A program made the position numbers and the translations under genes. The notes beneath the pieces were generated by a model. It had not been told where the DNA came from. It was given only the letters and a program-made list of their open reading frames with translations, and ran no database searches. From an uncultured bacterium (GTDB lineage Bacteria > Cloacimonadota > Cloacimonadia > Cloacimonadales > TCS61), in NCBI GenBank assembly GCA_963981005.1, contig CAXCCM010000002.1, positions 1 through 41,855 of the forward strand: DNA of 41,855 bases. Direction: 5' to 3'. This document shows positions 36,831-41,855 of this stretch, in pieces (within the stretch, counting starts at the first letter, position 1; each line of letters begins with the position of its first letter).

Positions 36831-37247
36831 ATGAAACGACTTGGTGCCAGCATAATATTTGTAAATGATCAGCAGAAAATTCTCTTATTCTTGCGTGATG
36901 ATAAAGTGGGTCTTCCTTACCCTAACATGTGGGATGTGCCCGGCGGTCATGTGGAGACAAGTGAAACTCCTTCTGATTGCATCGTACGCGAAATGAAAGA
37001 AGAGATGAACATTGACCTGCATGATTTCCAACTATTTTGTAAAAAAGAATTTGATGACAGAATTGAATATACATATTGGAAACAAACTAATTTAGAGATC
37101 TCTGAAATTGAGCTGATGGAAGGGCAACGTTTAAAATGGTTTTCCCGAGGGGAAGCAGCGCAAACAAAACTTGCTTATGGATTTAATGAGATAGTTGAAC
37201 GATTTTTTAATAAATATAAATTGTCCCTGATTGAAGGGAATACCTAG
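36831..37247 (+). CDS. NUDIX hydrolase
   Basis: Nudix box GGHVETSETPSDCIVREMKEEMNI (GX5EX7REUXEEXGU). No clear RBS. Confidence 0.8.
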   Translation: MKRLGASIIFVNDQQKILLFLRDDKVGLPYPNMWDVPGGHVETSETPSDCIVREMKEEMNIDLHDFQLFCKKEFDDRIEYTYWKQTNLEISEIELMEGQRLKWFSRGEAAQTKLAYGFNEIVERFFNKYKLSLIEGNT

Positions 37248-37285
37248 TTTTTCCTTTTTACAAGGACAATTATATATCTTAAGTT

Positions 37286-38140
37286 TTAAAACAATTTATA
37301 ATTTAAACCCAAGCCAAGCGTCTCTTTAAATTGAAGATCCTCTGCCTGCATTTTATTATAAAGAAGCTGAACAAAAAGTTTAAGATTTATCAACTTAGTT
37401 AAACTTATATCAACATCGTGCTGCCAGTCCATTCTAACCTGTTTCCAATCATCTTCATCTTCCTGATCTTCTAAACTTTCCGATTCAGAATAGACAATAG
37501 GTTTATATAGATTTAAGGTTGTGGAATATTTGATCACATTTTCTGCAAATGGTTTACGTAATTCACCCACAAGTTCCACTCCACCATCATTTGTGCTCTC
37601 ATCAAGGTTACTATCGAAATATTGTTTGAATGCCCCGCCTAAACGTGTACTGAATTCCTGATCATCATCCTTAAAAAAGACTTTAGCTACACCAAAGGTC
37701 TCTGTGAAAACATTGGGATTAAATATTTTTGTATCCATATAGGTTTCATCCATAAATTGAGTCTCATCTCTAAAGCTGGCAAATGGATCTACAAAAGCTC
37801 CGAGTGTAAATCGGAAGATCGATTCAAAATCAACAATATCTGTAGATTTATCTGGTTTTGCCCAATATTTTTCTCCCAGATCATCTTCCATCTGAGTATG
37901 TGTTTGTCCAAAAGCTAATTTGAGTGTGTTCTTATTATGTACTTTTGCACTTAGTTGTTTTTCAGCTAAGAAATTTGCATTGAACACCCAGGAGATTGAG
38001 CCCTTCTCTTCACCTGTCCAATTATCACTGTAAGCATTTTGATTCATGGTAAGTGAAATATCTGAAGCAAGATTCCAATCTTTGGCAAGTAGCAATGAAA
38101 ATGAGATTGTAATGATGAGAAAAATAATTACTTTTTTCAT
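37286..38140 (-). CDS. Outer-membrane beta-barrel protein (DUF3078-like)
   Basis: Signal peptide, alternating-hydrophobicity strands, an NWTGEEKGSISW motif and a C-terminal ..YKLF. I place the start at MKKVII, with its RBS inside the mscS stop region. Confidence 0.55.
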   Translation of the reverse strand: MKKVIIFLIITISFSLLLAKDWNLASDISLTMNQNAYSDNWTGEEKGSISWVFNANFLAEKQLSAKVHNKNTLKLAFGQTHTQMEDDLGEKYWAKPDKSTDIVDFESIFRFTLGAFVDPFASFRDETQFMDETYMDTKIFNPNVFTETFGVAKVFFKDDDQEFSTRLGGAFKQYFDSNLDESTNDGGVELVGELRKPFAENVIKYSTTLNLYKPIVYSESESLEDQEDEDDWKQVRMDWQHDVDISLTKLINLKLFVQLLYNKMQAEDLQFKETLGLGLNYKLF

Positions 38141-38144
38141 TTTT

Positions 38145-38957
38145 TTACTCCTCATTTTTTATTACATGAACATCCATTTGCGGATATGGAATATTTACAT
38201 TTTCTTTATCAAATTCCTCTTTTACACTCTCTAACAGATCGTGATAAACAGTCCAATAATCTCCTGTTTTTGTCCATACACGAACCTTAAAGTCAACTGA
38301 ACTATCACCCAGTTTAGACACTCTCACAAAAGGTTTAGGATCCTTTAAAATCAATGCATGTGCATCAATAAGTCTATTTAAAATCCCCTTAACCTGTTCA
38401 TTGCTAGATTCATATCCAACACCAAAGGAAAGATCAACTCGCCTGGTTTTCTGGGCTGTATAATTTATTATTGTTCCATCCATAATTTTAGAATTTGGAA
38501 CGATAAGTTTCTTATTATCAAAAGAAACAAGTACTGTCGTGAAGATATTGATATCTTTTACAACTCCGTCAATTCCGGCTGCTTCAACATAATCATCAAC
38601 CTTAAAAGGACGTAGGATTATCATCAGGAATCCCGCTGCAAAATTAGATAACGATCCTTGCAAAGCAAGACCAATAGCCAAACCAGCAGCTCCGATCACA
38701 GCTAAGAAAGATGATGTTTGAATTCCCAACTGTGCAAGTGCTGCAATGATCACAAAAACCCATAATGCGCTATAGATAAGAGATCCGGCAAAAGAGATCA
38801 CCTCCTTATCCACCCTCTTCTTCTCCATTGCTTTTACGATAAGTTTCCGCACACCCTTAACAACAAATTTTCCTATTATCAAGATAGCAATTGCGGCTAA
38901 TAGCTTTAATCCAAAAGTGGATATTAATTCTATTAACTTTGGTATCACCTCTTCCAT
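38145..38957 (-). CDS. mscS: Small-conductance mechanosensitive channel (MscS family)
   Basis: Three N-terminal TM helices including a Gly/Ala-rich pore helix (AVIGAAGLAIGLALQGSLSNFAAG). The beta-domain follows (VKDINIFTTVLVSFDNKKLIVPNSKI). AGGAGGG RBS. Confidence 0.85.
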   Translation of the reverse strand: MEEVIPKLIELISTFGLKLLAAIAILIIGKFVVKGVRKLIVKAMEKKRVDKEVISFAGSLIYSALWVFVIIAALAQLGIQTSSFLAVIGAAGLAIGLALQGSLSNFAAGFLMIILRPFKVDDYVEAAGIDGVVKDINIFTTVLVSFDNKKLIVPNSKIMDGTIINYTAQKTRRVDLSFGVGYESSNEQVKGILNRLIDAHALILKDPKPFVRVSKLGDSSVDFKVRVWTKTGDYWTVYHDLLESVKEEFDKENVNIPYPQMDVHVIKNEE

Positions 38958-39132
38958 GATCCCTCCTAATTAAAATAATATTATTTTATGTTGCGATAAG
39001 AAAAGGCGTTTAGAATTTTGCAAGTTTTTTCTATTTACTATAAGAAGTATCTCTACGATTTATCTTTACACCAATTTCCTATATTCATAAATCTTCATCT
39101 GGAATAATAAGATTTTTTTATGAGGTAACAAA

Positions 39133-41853
39133 ATGAAAAAAGCTACACTATTTATCATTATTTTTGGTATTACAATCCTAAATAGTATAAGTATTTATGA
39201 TATTCAACATACTACAGATCCCGGTCCAGATGGAACATATCCATCTCCTTATAATGGACAGATCGTGACAACCGGTGGCATTGTTAATGCAGTTGATTTT
39301 AATAGTGGAAGATTCTTTATTACATCTGGTATGGGTGAATGGAATGGAATTTATGTTTATAATTATGACCAGAATGTAGCTGTTGGTGATAGTGTAATAA
39401 TTGAAGCGGAAGTTTATGAATATTGGGGATTTACTGAACTCAGTAACCTAGTTTCCTGTGATATCATCTCTTCCGGGAATCCAATACCTGCAACGCTTGT
39501 TAATACAATATCCAACACAATAAATGAAGCTAGAGAAAGTACTAAAGCTGCAATTGGCTATTATGATCTAACAATTACACAAACTTATGATGAATGGGGT
39601 CAGTGGAAAATTGCCGATACAACTGGAGAATGTACGATCAGTACAGGATTTATGAATATGGAGGAGCTTGATATTCCAATTATTGAAGGATATCCATTAA
39701 GTGGAGTAAGTGGATTTGTTACCTATTTCTGGGAAGAATTTCAACTGAATCCAGTAAATTTATCTTCCATTCATTCAGATCCGGATGATCATATTATCTC
39801 AATTCAAGATCAACTTGTATTCTCTCCGGAGGAGTTTGAAATTCCAATTTATCATACAGTTTTTAATGATGGACAAGTTCAATCATATCAATTTGAAATT
39901 GCATTTAATGATCAGGTTTTGGAATATAGTGGATATGAAGATATTGGTACACTTTCTGCAAATGGAACGATAGTAGATGAGCAGCTAGGAAATGGGAATA
40001 TCGCAATTTCCTATAATGGAAATTTTTCATTTGAAAATATGGAAACTCTCCTCAAGCTAAACTTTGTTGGCATAGAGAGTGGAGATGGAGAGCTGGAATT
40101 TGTAGATTTTGCAATAGATGCTCTGCCTGTGGATTATTTTTCTGTTGAAGAGATCACACTGCAATTAGAAACCATGCCCATTGGCGATACTCTCACGGTC
40201 ATTCAAAGACCGATCCAAAATGTCCCGCAGATCACCATACCAAATGAAGAGTTCACAATTGAATGTTTAGCAGATGCTTCCACATCAAATTGGTCAGCAG
40301 AACTCGTACACCAGAATAAAGTGATCAGCCTAGATATTACAAATACCAATTACAATACTGCTGTAGATAGATGGTATTTAACGGCCATCTGTTCCCAACC
40401 TGAAATTTATGAGCTGTACGACCTAGTAGTAGATGCAGATGGGATTATAGCCGACACAACCAGAAATGCTGTACATCTGATTCCCGAAATAAAGACCAAC
40501 TACTCATTTATTCATATTACCGACACCCATCTTCCAACCCACATTTTCTATCCTGATCCCATTTCTCTCACTGATTCTACAGAGATTGAAGACCTGCGGG
40601 AAGTGATTAGAGATATCAACCTAATAAAGCCCGAATTTGTACTATTAACAGGTGATCTACTTAACGAGGGAGAGTTGGAAGATTTTGAAAATCGACGCGT
40701 CTATACAAAAGCCCAGAAGATCTTAGAAGAGTTGGAAGTTCCGCTCTATCTTACTTCTGGGAATCACGATCTTGGTGGTTGGGACAGCACACCTCCTTCT
40801 CAGGGAACTGCACGGCGTGACTGGTGGAGATTCTTCGGATGGAGCTGGCTTTTAGATCCACCAGCACTAGATCCCTACTATACACAAAATTATAGTTTCG
40901 ATTACGGGCCAATTCACTATATTGGAATGGAAGCCTATTTGAATTATGATAGTTATTTGTACAATATCTACGATGGCGAAAGTTTTACTGATCTGCAAAT
41001 GCAGTGGCTTGAAAATGATCTAAGTAATGCTTCAAGTAGTGAATCTCACGTGATATTCTATCACAACGATTTTTCGGATCAGATTGATCTTAATAGTATG
41101 GGAATCGAGATGGCTCTTTATGGACATATTCATTCCAATTCCGGTAGCATTACATCTCCACCTTATAATTTATCTACAGAGAGCACCTGTGATGGCAACA
41201 GAGCTTATCGGGTGATCAATATAAATGATGATCAGCTTGAACCAACAAACGCAGTTTATGCAGGATATAGTGGTGGGGAGCTAACAGCTACATTTACTCC
41301 TGAAAATAGTGGAGCTGCAGATAGCATATTCTGCTATGTTGAGAATTCACATAACCTAGATTTTAATGATGCTCAACTCAAATTTATTATGCCCAACAAT
41401 GCAGAAGAATATATTGTTTTCAATGGAATTTTAACCCAGGTTGATGAGTCTGGTGATTTTGCAGTTTGTTATATCTCTGTTGATATCCCAGCAAATGGGA
41501 ACGTCTCGGTTTCAGTAGTTGCAGATCTCGATGCTTCAGCACAAAACCCATTAACACCTCAAGATCTTCAACTAACCAACTATCCCAATCCCTTCAATCC
41601 AACTACAACAATCTCTTTTTCATTAGCAGAAAGTTCATCACTTATCACTCTAGGAATTTATAATCTTAAAGGACAGAAAGTTAAAGATCTTTCTGGTACC
41701 CTGAGCAGGATTGAAGGGCAAAGAGAAATGCAACATTCTGTTGTTTGGAACGGTACGGATGATAAGGGTGTTAGCGTTTCATCCGGAATCTACTTTGTTA
41801 GATTAAATTGTGGAAACAAAGAAGCCCAGCAAAAGATAATGTTATTAAAATAA
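39133..41853 (+). CDS. T9SS-secreted metallophosphoesterase (calcineurin-like) with N-terminal accessory domains
   Basis: Signal peptide. Phosphoesterase motifs are HITDTHL, TGDLLNEG, SGNHD and LYGHIHSN. The C-terminus has NYPNPFNPTTTISFS...LGIYNLKGQKV...SGIYFVRL. Confidence 0.8.
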   Translation: MKKATLFIIIFGITILNSISIYDIQHTTDPGPDGTYPSPYNGQIVTTGGIVNAVDFNSGRFFITSGMGEWNGIYVYNYDQNVAVGDSVIIEAEVYEYWGFTELSNLVSCDIISSGNPIPATLVNTISNTINEARESTKAAIGYYDLTITQTYDEWGQWKIADTTGECTISTGFMNMEELDIPIIEGYPLSGVSGFVTYFWEEFQLNPVNLSSIHSDPDDHIISIQDQLVFSPEEFEIPIYHTVFNDGQVQSYQFEIAFNDQVLEYSGYEDIGTLSANGTIVDEQLGNGNIAISYNGNFSFENMETLLKLNFVGIESGDGELEFVDFAIDALPVDYFSVEEITLQLETMPIGDTLTVIQRPIQNVPQITIPNEEFTIECLADASTSNWSAELVHQNKVISLDITNTNYNTAVDRWYLTAICSQPEIYELYDLVVDADGIIADTTRNAVHLIPEIKTNYSFIHITDTHLPTHIFYPDPISLTDSTEIEDLREVIRDINLIKPEFVLLTGDLLNEGELEDFENRRVYTKAQKILEELEVPLYLTSGNHDLGGWDSTPPSQGTARRDWWRFFGWSWLLDPPALDPYYTQNYSFDYGPIHYIGMEAYLNYDSYLYNIYDGESFTDLQMQWLENDLSNASSSESHVIFYHNDFSDQIDLNSMGIEMALYGHIHSNSGSITSPPYNLSTESTCDGNRAYRVININDDQLEPTNAVYAGYSGGELTATFTPENSGAADSIFCYVENSHNLDFNDAQLKFIMPNNAEEYIVFNGILTQVDESGDFAVCYISVDIPANGNVSVSVVADLDASAQNPLTPQDLQLTNYPNPFNPTTTISFSLAESSSLITLGIYNLKGQKVKDLSGTLSRIEGQREMQHSVVWNGTDDKGVSVSSGIYFVRLNCGNKEAQQKIMLLK

Positions 41854-41855
41854 AT

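Noticed and set aside
39005-39022. GGCGTTTAGAATTTTGCA upstream of the metallophosphoesterase gene, which looked like a sigma-54 promoter.
   Set aside because: The GG to GC spacing is 3 nt too long relative to TGGCAC-N5-TTGCW.
1-41855. CRISPR arrays, tRNA or rRNA genes, and riboswitch-like GC-rich structured regions.
   Set aside because: No regularly spaced short repeats and no cloverleaf-compatible GC-rich segments were seen on either strand. The only tandem repeat is the 2 x 40-bp unit at 36392-36471.

Overview
This is an AT-rich bacterial window. Three proteins end in NYPNPFNP-type T9SS sorting domains, which suggests an uncultivated FCB-group or Cloacimonadota-like lineage; that taxonomic call is inference only. 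No rRNA, tRNA, CRISPR array, transposase or integrase was seen. Left flank (1-9.3 kb): a GlmL-like ATPase with a long C-terminal extension, a DUF362/4Fe-4S protein, an ECF sigma operon, an AbiE module with an intact AbiEi and a doubly frameshifted AbiEii, and a glycosyltransferase. Right flank (35-41.9 kb): a PNPOx-family gene, lipoproteins, a NUDIX hydrolase, an outer-membrane beta-barrel protein, MscS, and a T9SS-secreted metallophosphoesterase. The main result is the segment between them. About 25.6 kb (9408-35055) is bracketed by roughly 216-bp imperfect direct repeats that duplicate the glycosyltransferase-3'/PNPOx-5' junction. This segment appears to carry a self-contained sigma-54 module. 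It has a cytoplasmic TPR histidine kinase, an NtrC-type enhancer-binding protein, two stand-alone receiver proteins, and four -24/-12 promoter matches. Two of those promoters are preceded by paired TGTTC-N6-GAACA-type sites with the same 21-bp phasing and the same ~65-bp offset. The predicted outputs are two mosaic tandem T9SS cargo paralogs, an orphan FtsX/MacB-type permease, and a tightly packed nine-gene cluster. That cluster encodes mostly signal-peptide proteins that combine repeat scaffolds (SBBP, PD40, Kelch, ankyrin) with hydrolase folds (esterase, MBL, beta-lactamase-like, transglutaminase-like), and I know of no described pathway for it. All calls rest on reading motifs by eye; no searches were run.
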